64,000 nucleotides of DNA from Candidatus Latescibacterota bacterium (GTDB lineage: Bacteria > Latescibacterota > UBA2968): assembly GCA_965208125.1 (NCBI GenBank), contig OZ242320.1, positions 3,072,001 through 3,136,000 of the forward strand, given 5' to 3'. The translations under genes and the position numbers were made by a program. Every line of letters starts with the position of its first letter. The stretch's first letter is position 1. Positions 36,220 through 45,718 of this stretch are shown here, piece by piece. A model generated the notes under the pieces. The model was not told the DNA's origin, searched no databases, and saw nothing but the letters and a program-made list of their open reading frames with translations.

Positions 36220-37293
36220 TTAGATCAGATACTCGCCATCCCGGATGATTTGGCGTGCCTTCCCGTCTGCTGAAATCAACAGGAGTGACGCTACTTGAAT
36301 CGGGCTGTCTTTAGCATAGACAATGTCTTCGTGAACAATATGTGCGGGGGATTTGAATTGTTCTGGCCCAATTGTGCCGCCGAGATGTTCGCTGCGTCCG
36401 TAAGCCCAGTGAAAACCCGCTTTTTCATCTTCTAAGACATTGCCCCAAACAACGGCTTTGGGATTACATCCCAGGGCGAGTTCGGCGATGTTGCCGCGCG
36501 TCGGATCTTCGGCGAAATAGGTTTTGAAGCTCGCGGCTTGTGTTGTTTCTCCCGCGACATCTACTATCCGGTTGTTCTCGACCCGAAATACGATGATATC
36601 GCCGTTGTCACTGACGGGTATTTCGCCTTCTGTGCGACTCGGTTCGCCCTTTCTTTCTCCTTCATAGGGGACCTGGAAACTTTCTCCACTCGGCAAGTTG
36701 ATGATGGGAAAGTCCGAGTTTGCCTTTTCTCGGGGCAGTTGTCCGTCGTCTTTGTGGGCTTCGCGGTAGCGCAGGTCAACGGTCCATTTGTGGCCGGTTG
36801 AAAAAATAACCCGTGCGTATTCTGCTTGGGAGAGGGCGTCCATTAATATCTGGCAGCGGCGCGCCACTTCGGTATAATCCGCAGAGAGCGCGGTTTCTTC
36901 CATGCGGCGAGCAACGCCTGGCAATGATGCGGCGCGAAAATCATCGTGTGAACGCGCCCACATAGATAGGGGTGCGGTGGCGGAGAATTGCGTGAGTGCA
37001 AGTGCTGTTGTCGCTCGCGCCAGGCCGTCGCGCAAGGGGATGGGGTCGCCTTTGTCGAGGGGCAAATTGCCATTGTGCGCGCCGGTGGCGGGAAAGGTGA
37101 TAAGGGGCAGGACGTCAAAGCCGATTTGTTCGCCGAGCGATATCCAGGCCGCACGCCATTCAGCGGCCATTTCTCTGCGCTCGCGCCAGGTCTCGCTATC
37201 GCGCAGTTCACCGTGCGGGACATCGGCAATGACGGCTATTGTTTCGTCGGGTTCGGGATGAAATACATCTGTGAATAATTTGTGTAAGTCCAT
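36220..37293 (-). CDS. M29/aminopeptidase T-like metallopeptidase
   Basis: NLPSGE...P, IAELALG.NP, EDEK..FH.A.G, H.D motifs. Confidence 0.72.
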   Translation of the reverse strand: MDLHKLFTDVFHPEPDETIAVIADVPHGELRDSETWRERREMAAEWRAAWISLGEQIGFDVLPLITFPATGAHNGNLPLDKGDPIPLRDGLARATTALALTQFSATAPLSMWARSHDDFRAASLPGVARRMEETALSADYTEVARRCQILMDALSQAEYARVIFSTGHKWTVDLRYREAHKDDGQLPREKANSDFPIINLPSGESFQVPYEGERKGEPSRTEGEIPVSDNGDIIVFRVENNRIVDVAGETTQAASFKTYFAEDPTRGNIAELALGCNPKAVVWGNVLEDEKAGFHWAYGRSEHLGGTIGPEQFKSPAHIVHEDIVYAKDSPIQVASLLLISADGKARQIIRDGEYLI

Positions 37294-38105
37294 TACAGGT
37301 TGTCCAGTACTGCGCGCAATTGCCGCACGCCTTTTAGCATGAGTTCTGGGGATCCCCAGTGTTCGATGCTCACGTTGCCCGTATAACCGTCTGATAGGAC
37401 CATTTTGAGCAGGTCTTCGTATTTTATATCGCTGTCGCGAATGGGGTCCAGTTCTTTGTCGGGGTTGGGTTTGACGTGCAAGTGGGTGATCCGCCCTTTG
37501 ATCTGTTCGTATCCATCGGGTATGGCTTGTTCACCACATCCGATGCCGTTGTTCACATCCCAGCAGAAGCTAAATCCCGATGTGTCTCCCAGAGCGTCGG
37601 CAACCATTCTCGCTTCCGCGCAACTGCCGGCAATGGTCGCGCCTTCGTTTTCCATTGATAGGGTGACGCCTTCGCGTTCGGCTGTTTTTGCAATGGGTTC
37701 GAGAAATGGCACGATGACATCGAGATAATTCTCAACGCCGGGTCGATTTGCCCGGTCTCCTTTTCGTCGATTGGGATTCCAGAGGGAAAATCCGCGGATG
37801 ACGGTTGTATCAAATGCTTTTGCGAGTTCGATCATGCGGTCAAACATGCGCTGGTGTTCGGATTTTTCTTCGTCGCTGTCGTGCGCGCATTTGCCCACGG
37901 GCGAGCCGACGGACATAACGGTTACATTGTACTTTGCCAGTACGTCCTGGACGCGCTGCAGTTCGTCGTTGTCGATTTCCTGGACGCGCTTGCCCCAGAT
38001 GCCGCCGCGCAGTTCAATTCCCGTTGCGCCCGCTTCTACGCCCAGGCGCACAGATTTATCAAAATCAGCTTTGTCGATTTCATCTGCAAAATAACACAGT
38101 TCCAT
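37293..38105 (-). CDS. Sugar phosphate isomerase/epimerase (AP-endonuclease-2 TIM barrel)
   Basis: FADEI, MENE, WD..N, HLHVK, SIEH. Confidence 0.85.
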   Translation of the reverse strand: MELCYFADEIDKADFDKSVRLGVEAGATGIELRGGIWGKRVQEIDNDELQRVQDVLAKYNVTVMSVGSPVGKCAHDSDEEKSEHQRMFDRMIELAKAFDTTVIRGFSLWNPNRRKGDRANRPGVENYLDVIVPFLEPIAKTAEREGVTLSMENEGATIAGSCAEARMVADALGDTSGFSFCWDVNNGIGCGEQAIPDGYEQIKGRITHLHVKPNPDKELDPIRDSDIKYEDLLKMVLSDGYTGNVSIEHWGSPELMLKGVRQLRAVLDNL

Positions 38106-38181
38106 CCGTTCCTCCTGTTAGTGGTTATACGAATCAACGGAGCGGTGTACAACTGACCGCCTCCCAGGTCAGTTCATCAAT

Positions 38182-38208
38182 GTAGGGGCGGTGCCCCTGT
38201 GCCCGCCC
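38182..38208 (+). repeat. REP-like element
   Basis: GTAGGGGCGGTGCCCCTGTGCCCGCCC. Confidence 0.75.
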
Positions 38209-38323
38209 GTAGGGTGGCTTGGCTACAATAAATATAATATCTCCCTTCACAGTCAAAGAAAAACGCGACCCACGCGAGTTTATTTTTCATTTTTAATTTT
38301 TGGTTTTTAATTATCATGGTCTT

Positions 38324-38644
38324 ATGAATGAACAGACGCGAAAGAAAATTCTGCAATCCACACCGCGCCCAAAGGGGATTCGCAAGGTGGATAGGAAACG
38401 CCTACTGGCACAGTTGGCTCGCACTGAGCCGCCGCCCGATTACGACCGGTATATACGATCCAAGTCATGGCAGATTAAAAGGCAGAAGTTTCTCGCCCAT
38501 TACAATTGCCAGTGCGTTTTGTGCGGGAGCAAAGAGCATTTGCACGTGCATCACTTACACTACAAGACGCTGGGGAATGAGGGTGTGGAGGATGTGATCG
38601 TTTGCTGCAGGCGTTGTCATTTTATAGAACACTTGAAAAAGTGA
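38324..38644 (+). CDS. Small HNH endonuclease
   Basis: Y..Y..S..W...R...C..CG....LHVHH..Y..LG.E...D....C..CH...H. Confidence 0.85.
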   Translation: MNEQTRKKILQSTPRPKGIRKVDRKRLLAQLARTEPPPDYDRYIRSKSWQIKRQKFLAHYNCQCVLCGSKEHLHVHHLHYKTLGNEGVEDVIVCCRRCHFIEHLKK

Positions 38645-38655
38645 TCCAGTATTTT

Positions 38656-38681
38656 GTAGGGGCGGTCCCCCGTGCCCGCCC
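38656..38681 (+). repeat. REP-like element
   Basis: GTAGGGGCGGTCCCCCGTGCCCGCCC. Confidence 0.75.
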
Positions 38682-38699
38682 GCATTTCCGGAGATTTTC

Positions 38700-39980
38700 A
38701 TGCCGAATATTATCATTATTACGACGCACGATACAGGTCGGCATTTTGGGTGTTATGGTGTCGATACGGTGCATACACCTGCGATTGATGCGATTGCCGA
38801 TGAGGGGTTCAAGTTTACCAATTATTTTACGACGAGTCCGGTGTGTAGTCCCAGCCGGGGGGCTATGCTTACAGGGCGCTATCCGCAGAGCAATGGGTTG
38901 ATTGGGTTGACGCATTCGCCGTGGGATTGGTGTTTTAATGAGGGGGAGCGACATCTTTCGCATATTTTGCGCGATGCGGGTTATCATACGGCTCTTTTTG
39001 GGTTGCAGCACGAGGCGTCTAATACTGAGGATTTGGGTTTTGAAGCGACTTTTGCACAGCGCGATGATAATGGTCGCCGCGCAAACGCGCTTGTGGTTGC
39101 CCAGGGTTTGGCGGATTTTCTCAGGACAGACGCGGGTTATAGGACGCCATTCTACGCACAAGTCGGTTTTTTTGAGACGCATCGTCCGCACGATTTTGGC
39201 GATGTGGGGCCTGATGATAGTAAGGGTATTGATGTGCCGCCCTATCTGGTTGACGACGAGACGTCGCGGCGGGAACTGGCTTTGCAACAAGGTGCGATCC
39301 GCCGCGTTGATGAGGCGATTCAGATTATTGCCGATGCGTTGAGAGAAAGTGGATTGGAAGACGATACGCTGCTGGTTTTTACGGTGGATCACGGTATTGA
39401 ATTTCCCAGGGCGAAGTGGTTTTGTTATGACGCGGGTATTGGCGTTGCATTGCTTATGCGCTGGCCCGGTGGGGGGGTTCGGGGTGGACAGAACTGTGAC
39501 CACTTGCTCAGCAATGTCGATTTTTTGCCCACGCTTATGGATCTCATAGACCATCCTATTCCGGATAATGTGGAGGGTTTGAGTTTTGCCAGTGTGTTCA
39601 AAAATCCGGATGCGGAACCCACGCGGGATGCGGCTTTTTCGATCTTTCAGGGTAGCGATAGTCGGAGTGTTCGCACCAATCGCTATAAGTTTATTCGCAA
39701 TTTCAGTCCGCGGCGCCTGATAGATGTGCCAGTTGATATGACTAATCCCCCAAGACCGCGCATCAAACAACCGGTGGCGCAACTCTACGATTTGGAAAAG
39801 GATCCCAACGAATTTGAGGATGTAGCCGATAAACCCGAATACCGGGATGTCTATAATGCGTTGAGCCAGCGCCTGTGGCAATGGATGGAAGATGTGAATG
39901 ATCCGTCGCTTAGAAGCCCGATTCCCACGCCGTATTATTGGGAGGCGATGGCAGAATATAACACGAGAAAGGAAAATTGA
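38700..39980 (+). CDS. Formylglycine-dependent sulfatase (sulfamidase-like)
   Basis: PNII, CSPSRGAMLTGRYP, DHG, LYDL.KDP.E. Confidence 0.93.
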   Translation: MPNIIIITTHDTGRHFGCYGVDTVHTPAIDAIADEGFKFTNYFTTSPVCSPSRGAMLTGRYPQSNGLIGLTHSPWDWCFNEGERHLSHILRDAGYHTALFGLQHEASNTEDLGFEATFAQRDDNGRRANALVVAQGLADFLRTDAGYRTPFYAQVGFFETHRPHDFGDVGPDDSKGIDVPPYLVDDETSRRELALQQGAIRRVDEAIQIIADALRESGLEDDTLLVFTVDHGIEFPRAKWFCYDAGIGVALLMRWPGGGVRGGQNCDHLLSNVDFLPTLMDLIDHPIPDNVEGLSFASVFKNPDAEPTRDAAFSIFQGSDSRSVRTNRYKFIRNFSPRRLIDVPVDMTNPPRPRIKQPVAQLYDLEKDPNEFEDVADKPEYRDVYNALSQRLWQWMEDVNDPSLRSPIPTPYYWEAMAEYNTRKEN

Positions 39981-41185
39981 TGTCCAGAGGAAAAATTGTA
40001 AATCTCGCGCTTGTCGGCTGTGGCGGTATTGCCGGTGGGCATCTTCGGCGGTATGGAGAGCTTATTGACAGTGGCGAAGACCGTTTTCGCATTGTGGCTA
40101 CGGTTGATAGCGATATCAGTCGCGCACAGGCTTATGCCGATCAGATCAACGACAAGACCGGATGGGAGGTCAATAGTTATCCCTCGGTTGAGGATCTGCT
40201 CAATTCAGAGTCCAATCTCGATGGGGCCGATATATGCAGCCCTCACGGTTTGCATCATGTGCTGGCCTGTGAGTTGCTCGAAGGCGGTGTGAATATTTTG
40301 TGCGAAAAGCCTATTGGTATAACGGTTAAAGCCACGCAAAAAATTATCGATACAGCCAAACGCTGCAATAGGATCGCCGCGAATGCCGAGCAGTGTCGCC
40401 GCAGTGTTGGGCAGCGCACGATTCACTGGGCGTTTAATGGTGGTCCGCTCGGCGAACCCAGGTTGTGGTACGCCATCAGGTCGGGATGGCAGGATCCCGC
40501 GAATTATCCCGACTGGCACTGGCGCGTGGATCGCAAACTGGGCGGTTGCGGGATGGTTATGGATAGCGGTGCGCACTGGGTGGATACGATGCGCTACTGG
40601 TTTGGGGAAGTGGAGAGTGTTTATGCGCGTGTGGAGCAAATGGAACAGCGTCCCCATAAGAAAGGCGAGGATCTGGTCGATGATAGTCGCGAGGATTTTT
40701 GGACCAGTATTTTCAATTTTGAAAGTGGTGTGATCGGCACGTGGTCGTGGACGGTTAGCGCGCCGGGGAAGGGTTTTACCCAACTCAATCTCACCGGGAG
40801 TAAGGGCACGATTGTCGAGAGCGATATTTTTCATCCGGCAGCGTCTCAGGCGCGCGGTGAATGCCATTTTATAGATGGCACGGCGTATGGCGTGTCCCAG
40901 CTTCAAGATATGTTTCTCGATTCACTGAGTCAGGGCGAAAAGAATCGCCTCTTTCCCTATGGGCTGACCGATGGCATGGCGATTGAGTTGTGGGATTTTA
41001 TCGATGCTCTGAGTGTTGGGCGCGATGTGGAAATTGACGCCGAAGAGGGTCTGAAGAGCAAGGCCGTGAGCGAGGCGATTTACGAGTCTGGAAAAAGCGG
41101 AGAGGTCGTCAAGGTGAGCGATGTGATTTCCGGCGAGGTTTGTGCGTATCAGGAGGATATTGATCGCATGTGGGGTTTGGTGTGA
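39980..41185 (+). CDS. Gfo/Idh/MocA family oxidoreductase
   Basis: GCGGIA, CEKP, D.G.H..D. Confidence 0.9.
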   Translation: MSRGKIVNLALVGCGGIAGGHLRRYGELIDSGEDRFRIVATVDSDISRAQAYADQINDKTGWEVNSYPSVEDLLNSESNLDGADICSPHGLHHVLACELLEGGVNILCEKPIGITVKATQKIIDTAKRCNRIAANAEQCRRSVGQRTIHWAFNGGPLGEPRLWYAIRSGWQDPANYPDWHWRVDRKLGGCGMVMDSGAHWVDTMRYWFGEVESVYARVEQMEQRPHKKGEDLVDDSREDFWTSIFNFESGVIGTWSWTVSAPGKGFTQLNLTGSKGTIVESDIFHPAASQARGECHFIDGTAYGVSQLQDMFLDSLSQGEKNRLFPYGLTDGMAIELWDFIDALSVGRDVEIDAEEGLKSKAVSEAIYESGKSGEVVKVSDVISGEVCAYQEDIDRMWGLV

Positions 41186-41202
41186 GAGGTGGGATGACTA
41201 CT

Positions 41203-41245
41203 AAAAAATAGGCCGCGATCCCTTGAGACCGCGGCCCGATTTTTT
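41203..41245. terminator. Bidirectional terminator
   Basis: GGCCGCG/CGCGGCC stem flanked by A and T runs between convergent genes. Confidence 0.65.
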
Positions 41246-41625
41246 CACGTATTTCCCGGACGACCTATTTCGATGAGGTTGCCATCCGGGTCGTGTACGA
41301 AAACATAGCGCGTGCCGTCGTGTGGACGCACGCCGGGACCGGAGGCAACGCGCACGCGTTCGCGGTCAAGCGAAGTGATGACGCGATCGAAGTCGGCGAC
41401 TTCAAAGGCGATGTGGCGGCGCGAAGGACGGGGGTATTCTTCGGCGAGGATCAGGTGGATTTCGATGTCGCCACAGCGATACCAGGCACCTGCAAAGTCG
41501 TAATCTGGCCGGGGAATGGGTTGCAGCCCCAAAAGCTTTTCGTAAAATGCCGATGCGCGCTCGAGGTTACCTGTAACCAATGTGATGTGGCTGACGCGGG
41601 TGATGCCCATGCCAGCCGATTCCAT
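41245..41625 (-). CDS. VOC/glyoxalase family protein
   Basis: HI.L.....A..FY..LLG, HIAF, DPDGNLIE; start uncertain. Confidence 0.88.
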   Translation of the reverse strand: MESAGMGITRVSHITLVTGNLERASAFYEKLLGLQPIPRPDYDFAGAWYRCGDIEIHLILAEEYPRPSRRHIAFEVADFDRVITSLDRERVRVASGPGVRPHDGTRYVFVHDPDGNLIEIGRPGNT

Positions 41626-41641
41626 GCGATTGGTCACCGGA

Positions 41642-42523
41642 TCAATTCTCCAGGAGTAAGGTTCTCATTTTTCGCATACGAGAAGGATGTTTGAGTGCCG
41701 CCAGAGCTTTGTCGCGTATTTGGCGCACGCGCTCTTTGGTCAGGTTGAGGATGTTGCCAATTTGCTCCAGCGTCATTGTTTCACCGCTGTTAATGCCAAA
41801 ATAGAGGCGCAATACGCGGGCATCGCGCGGTGCCAATGTGTTGAGCGCGGTGCGTATTTCCTCTGCCATAGAATTTTCGAGCATGGTCTCTTCAGGGGTT
41901 TCCTGATCGTTGTCTGACAACATTTCCAGCAAGCTGGTATCAGGACCGTCTTCAAGGGGCATGTCGAATGAGACATGCCACCGCGAAGCGCTGAGGAGGT
42001 CTTGCACTTGCTTGGGGTGCAATTCGGCCTGTGCAGCGATTTCTTCGATACGCGGTTCGCGCCCCAGCGATTGTTTGAGTTCTGAGGATATGCGTTCCAA
42101 TTTGCTCAGGTGTTTGATTTTGTTGACGGGCAGTCGCACCATGCGGGCTTTTTCTGCCAATGCAGATAAGATGCCCTGCCGAATCCACCAGACTGCATAC
42201 GTGGTGAATTTGACGCCAACGGTTTCGTCGTAGCGGGTGGCCGCGCGAACAAGACCCATGTTGCCTTCGGCAATGAGGTCTTCCAGGAGCAGGCCGCGTC
42301 CCTGATATTCTTTGGCTATGGTAATGACAAATCGCAAATTGGATTCGATCATTTTATTGAGGCTTTTGCGATCCCCTGCGCGGATGCGCTTGGCCAGATC
42401 AATTTCTTCTTGTGGCGTGAGCAATTCGCTATAGGCGATGTCTTTGAAATAGAGTTCCAGTGCAGAACTACTGCCTCCATTTGCTCTGGTTGAGGTGCTG
42501 GAACTCATGAGTGCGGCAGACAT
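41642..42523 (-). CDS. RpoD/SigA-family sigma factor lacking region 1.1
   Basis: NLRFVI..AK.Y, DLI.EGN.GL, KFTTYAVWWIRQ, TLEQIG...TKERVRQI. Confidence 0.93.
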   Translation of the reverse strand: MSAALMSSSTSTRANGGSSSALELYFKDIAYSELLTPQEEIDLAKRIRAGDRKSLNKMIESNLRFVITIAKEYQGRGLLLEDLIAEGNMGLVRAATRYDETVGVKFTTYAVWWIRQGILSALAEKARMVRLPVNKIKHLSKLERISSELKQSLGREPRIEEIAAQAELHPKQVQDLLSASRWHVSFDMPLEDGPDTSLLEMLSDNDQETPEETMLENSMAEEIRTALNTLAPRDARVLRLYFGINSGETMTLEQIGNILNLTKERVRQIRDKALAALKHPSRMRKMRTLLLEN

Positions 42524-43023
42524 GTATTTCCCCCGTGACTGAGAAAACGATTCTCTTAATCAAGTGTCTTGTGTTTCAACTCGTCAAAGGTTCACAATAA
42601 GCACTGCGATACCTTCCGACTCTTGTATGGGAGAGAATCGGTTGTTGCCAGAATATATGGGACATCGATCATGGGGAGACCAATGGCCTGATTATGTGAC
42701 AACCTGGTTTAGGGGAGTGTTACTTTGGGGAGTTGAGTTGATCTGGATGGGGAAACGATCACGGGCCGCAGGGGAGCGGTGTGCTCGACCAAATCATAGT
42801 GTGTGGGGCAAGTATTGAGGGGAAAAATAATACTTGGGCAGACAAGATAGCAGATTCAATTCTGTAATGCAACCCTTTTTCTATGCTCTTCTCCTGATAT
42901 TTTGAGACTCAAGGCCATATTTTTTATTTTTTTAATGAAATACTTATTGGCATATTGAGGGAAAATAATAAATAGAATGTCGTTTGTCAATAAATAACTC
43001 TTGTTTAACAAGTTACAGGCTTG

Positions 43024-43542
43024 CTATTGGCCCTCGGTAGTAGCGGTGCCGTTGAGTCCCCGCTGGGCGAGGTCGCGGTCGAGCAAGAACAAGCCATTGC
43101 CCTCCTGGCCAACCAGCTTGAGCGTGTCGATCAATTCTCTGACAATGGCTTCTTCTTCGACCTGTTCGGCAATAAACCACTGGAGAAAGGTATGGGTGGC
43201 ATGATCGCGTTCGGACAGGGCGAGATCGGCGATGTTGTAGATGCTTTGAGAGACTTTTTGCTCCTGGGCAAGGCTGTCTTCAAATACTTCCAGAGGGCTG
43301 TCCCAACTTTGTTTGGGGGTCTCAATGGCGCTAAAGCGTATATCGGCCTCCCGGTCGTCAAGGAAGTCGTATATTTTCATGCCATGGGTGAGTTCTTCCT
43401 GGGCTTGAACGCGCATCCAATGGGCAAAGCCATTGAGGTTTTGCGAGAGAAAATATGCGGACATTGCCAGATAACTATACGCCGAGTAGTATTCCATATT
43501 GAGTTGCTCATTGAGCGCGGCATTTATGTTTGTGTTGATCAT
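43024..43542 (-). CDS. ftnA: Non-heme ferritin
   Basis: LNEQLN.E..S...Y, EE..H, E, WFI.EQVEEE ferroxidase residues. Confidence 0.92.
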   Translation of the reverse strand: MINTNINAALNEQLNMEYYSAYSYLAMSAYFLSQNLNGFAHWMRVQAQEELTHGMKIYDFLDDREADIRFSAIETPKQSWDSPLEVFEDSLAQEQKVSQSIYNIADLALSERDHATHTFLQWFIAEQVEEEAIVRELIDTLKLVGQEGNGLFLLDRDLAQRGLNGTATTEGQ

Positions 43543-43802
43543 GGTGTCCTCCTGTTGCGAGGGGGAGAAAAAAGCTGTAACAAGGGGGGGATAAGTATAA
43601 AAAAAATATAGGTTTTGTCAACCTATTAAAATAATTGGTTGATTATACGATATTTAGAGTACGACATCTCCAATCGTGTACGGCATTTTTCTATTGATTC
43701 TTTTTGCGAAATTGCGTAAAACTTTAGCAACTTTTAGACGTGGAGCATTTGACTACCCCAGTGTGGCATATGAGCCACCCGACAGGAGGTTTGTTTTTTA
43801 TT

Positions 43803-44282
43803 ATGATTCCCAAAAAGGTCCTCATGGCCTTGAACGAGCAACTCAATTTTGAGTTTCATTCGGCATTTCACTATCTCGCCATGGAGACGTATTTTCACGG
43901 GGTAAATCTACCCGGGTTTGCCCATTATATGCGCGAGCAATACAAGGAAGAACGGCAGCACGCGCTCAAGATCGTGGATTATATCAATGCGCGAAACTGT
44001 CGGGTCCTGCTCAAGCAGATCGCCGAACCACCTTCTGAATGGGCATCACCTCTGGAGGTTTTTGAAGACGCTTACCAGCAAGAGCAGAAATCCAGTGGGA
44101 TGATCAATGACCTGGTCGATCTCTCACTGGATGAGCGCGACCATGCAACGGAGATTTTCTTGAAGTGGTTTATCGAGAAACAGGTAGAAGAGGAAGCCCA
44201 AATCGGGAGTATGGTGCAAAAGTTGAAGCTGGTGGGCGATGATGCTTATGGTCTGTTTTTACTGGATAGAGATATGGGGTGA
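43803..44282 (+). CDS. Second non-heme ferritin paralogue
   Basis: LNEQLNFE.HS..HY, EERQH, WFIEKQVEEE; GGAGG RBS. Confidence 0.9.
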   Translation: MIPKKVLMALNEQLNFEFHSAFHYLAMETYFHGVNLPGFAHYMREQYKEERQHALKIVDYINARNCRVLLKQIAEPPSEWASPLEVFEDAYQQEQKSSGMINDLVDLSLDERDHATEIFLKWFIEKQVEEEAQIGSMVQKLKLVGDDAYGLFLLDRDMG

Positions 44283-44301
44283 GAGATAAGGCGATGTACA
44301 C

Positions 44302-44336
44302 AAAAAGTGCCCTCAGTATCTGGGGGCACTTTTTTT
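44302..44336. terminator. Bidirectional terminator
   Basis: AAAAAGTGCCCTCAG/CTGGGGGCACTTTTT. Confidence 0.8.
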
Positions 44337-45090
44337 ATGTGCGACGACGCTTTCTGGTGCGCCACCATAAGATCAGGCCGGAGATGGACAGGCCGATCAG
44401 GCCCCAGGCGGCGATGTCGTAGAGATAGACAAACCAGTCGGCGAAGAAATAACCGGTGTGAATCTGGTGTATGATCGTGTAGAGGTCGCGTCCGGGTTTT
44501 GCGGATTGGGTGATAGAGGCCCAGGTTTTTCCGCTGTTGGAACTGGTGAGCAGACCGCCTGAGGTCCACAGGTTCAAATTTTGGGTGGAGCCAATGCCAA
44601 TGCGCTGGAGGCGAACGCCTTCGGCAAGGGGCATAAATCCGAGGCCGACTTGTTCCCAGACGATGCCGCCGTCGGTTGAGCGAATGAGGCCCAGGTCTTC
44701 GAGGACGACGTAAATGTGGTCGGGATTGTCGGGTGCATAGGCGATGTCAACGGCGCGTTCTGCAGCGAAGAGCATTGGGACTTCGGTCCAGGTTTTTCCG
44801 CCGTCTTCAGAAGAATAAAGGGCCGAGCGCGTGCCGCGATAGAGATGTTGGGGATCGCGGGGGTCAACGGCAAATGAGAGGGTGCGTTCAGAGGGTGCGC
44901 CGAGGAGGCCGGGGTGATTGAGCAAAAAGCCCGAGACGGCGAGAAGAGATAAAAATATGAGTGCACCGATGCCGATATAGCGATGGAGTTTGCGGGAAAA
45001 GCCGACGCGTTTTGTTTGCGTTTTGGGCTGTTCTTTGTGAAGCGGGATGGTTTTGCTCCGGCGTGTGGAGGCTTCAGGTGTAGCACTCAT
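44335..45090 (-). CDS. PepSY-associated TM protein with BNR-repeat periplasmic insert
   Basis: RKLHRYIG...SGFLLNH and IHQIHTG...SGL.LW TM motifs; three S.DGG.TW repeats. Confidence 0.8.
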   Translation of the reverse strand: MSATPEASTRRSKTIPLHKEQPKTQTKRVGFSRKLHRYIGIGALIFLSLLAVSGFLLNHPGLLGAPSERTLSFAVDPRDPQHLYRGTRSALYSSEDGGKTWTEVPMLFAAERAVDIAYAPDNPDHIYVVLEDLGLIRSTDGGIVWEQVGLGFMPLAEGVRLQRIGIGSTQNLNLWTSGGLLTSSNSGKTWASITQSAKPGRDLYTIIHQIHTGYFFADWFVYLYDIAAWGLIGLSISGLILWWRTRKRRRT

Positions 45091-45662
45091 TGGGATTCTT
45101 TTTCCGAGTAAATGACATTGAGGACGGTGAGAACTCTCTTGACGCCCGCATTTAAGGCGCGTACCGATAAGGTTGCGCCACTGATGCCGATGATGTCGCG
45201 GTTGAGGCGAATGTGATGATCGATGTTTTTGTTCCTGTATTGGGTCAAGAATCGCTGGCGTTTGACCTGGCCGCCTCGCGATTCGCGATAGACCATGATC
45301 CATACACCGCCAACGCTGTGGTCGGGTTTGACTTTGACGATAAAGGTGATGGGTTTGTAGAGGCCAATTTGATTTGTTATGATCGCGTATCCCTGATGTC
45401 GGTCATTTTTTTTTGCCTGAAAAATCGTGAAATCGGGTTCTTCGAGGCGCCACCCCAACCGCCGTTCAATGCGCCGCCGTTCTTGTGGGGTTGGGGTCCA
45501 GACTTCGCTCCAGAGCGTGTCTGCATCTGGGAAGGCTTTTTTTAGAGCTTGTTCTTCTGTGAGGTAAACAGTGATAGCCTCTGGGCCATCGGGACCCTGC
45601 GCGAATCCGAGTCCCGCCAGCAGGCAGACCATGATACAGAGCACGTACTTATTTTTTATCAC
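45087..45662 (-). CDS. Extracytosolic FMN-binding (flavinylated) domain protein
   Basis: Signal peptide, YRESRG, F..Q, ISGATLS flavinylation motif; GTG start after GGAG. Confidence 0.85.
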   Translation of the reverse strand: MIKNKYVLCIMVCLLAGLGFAQGPDGPEAITVYLTEEQALKKAFPDADTLWSEVWTPTPQERRRIERRLGWRLEEPDFTIFQAKKNDRHQGYAIITNQIGLYKPITFIVKVKPDHSVGGVWIMVYRESRGGQVKRQRFLTQYRNKNIDHHIRLNRDIIGISGATLSVRALNAGVKRVLTVLNVIYSEKESQ

Positions 45663-45718
45663 GGTTTTCTCCAGCCCGCCCAACCTCAGTTAGTCACAAC
45701 TCATCCGATCTCAGCATC

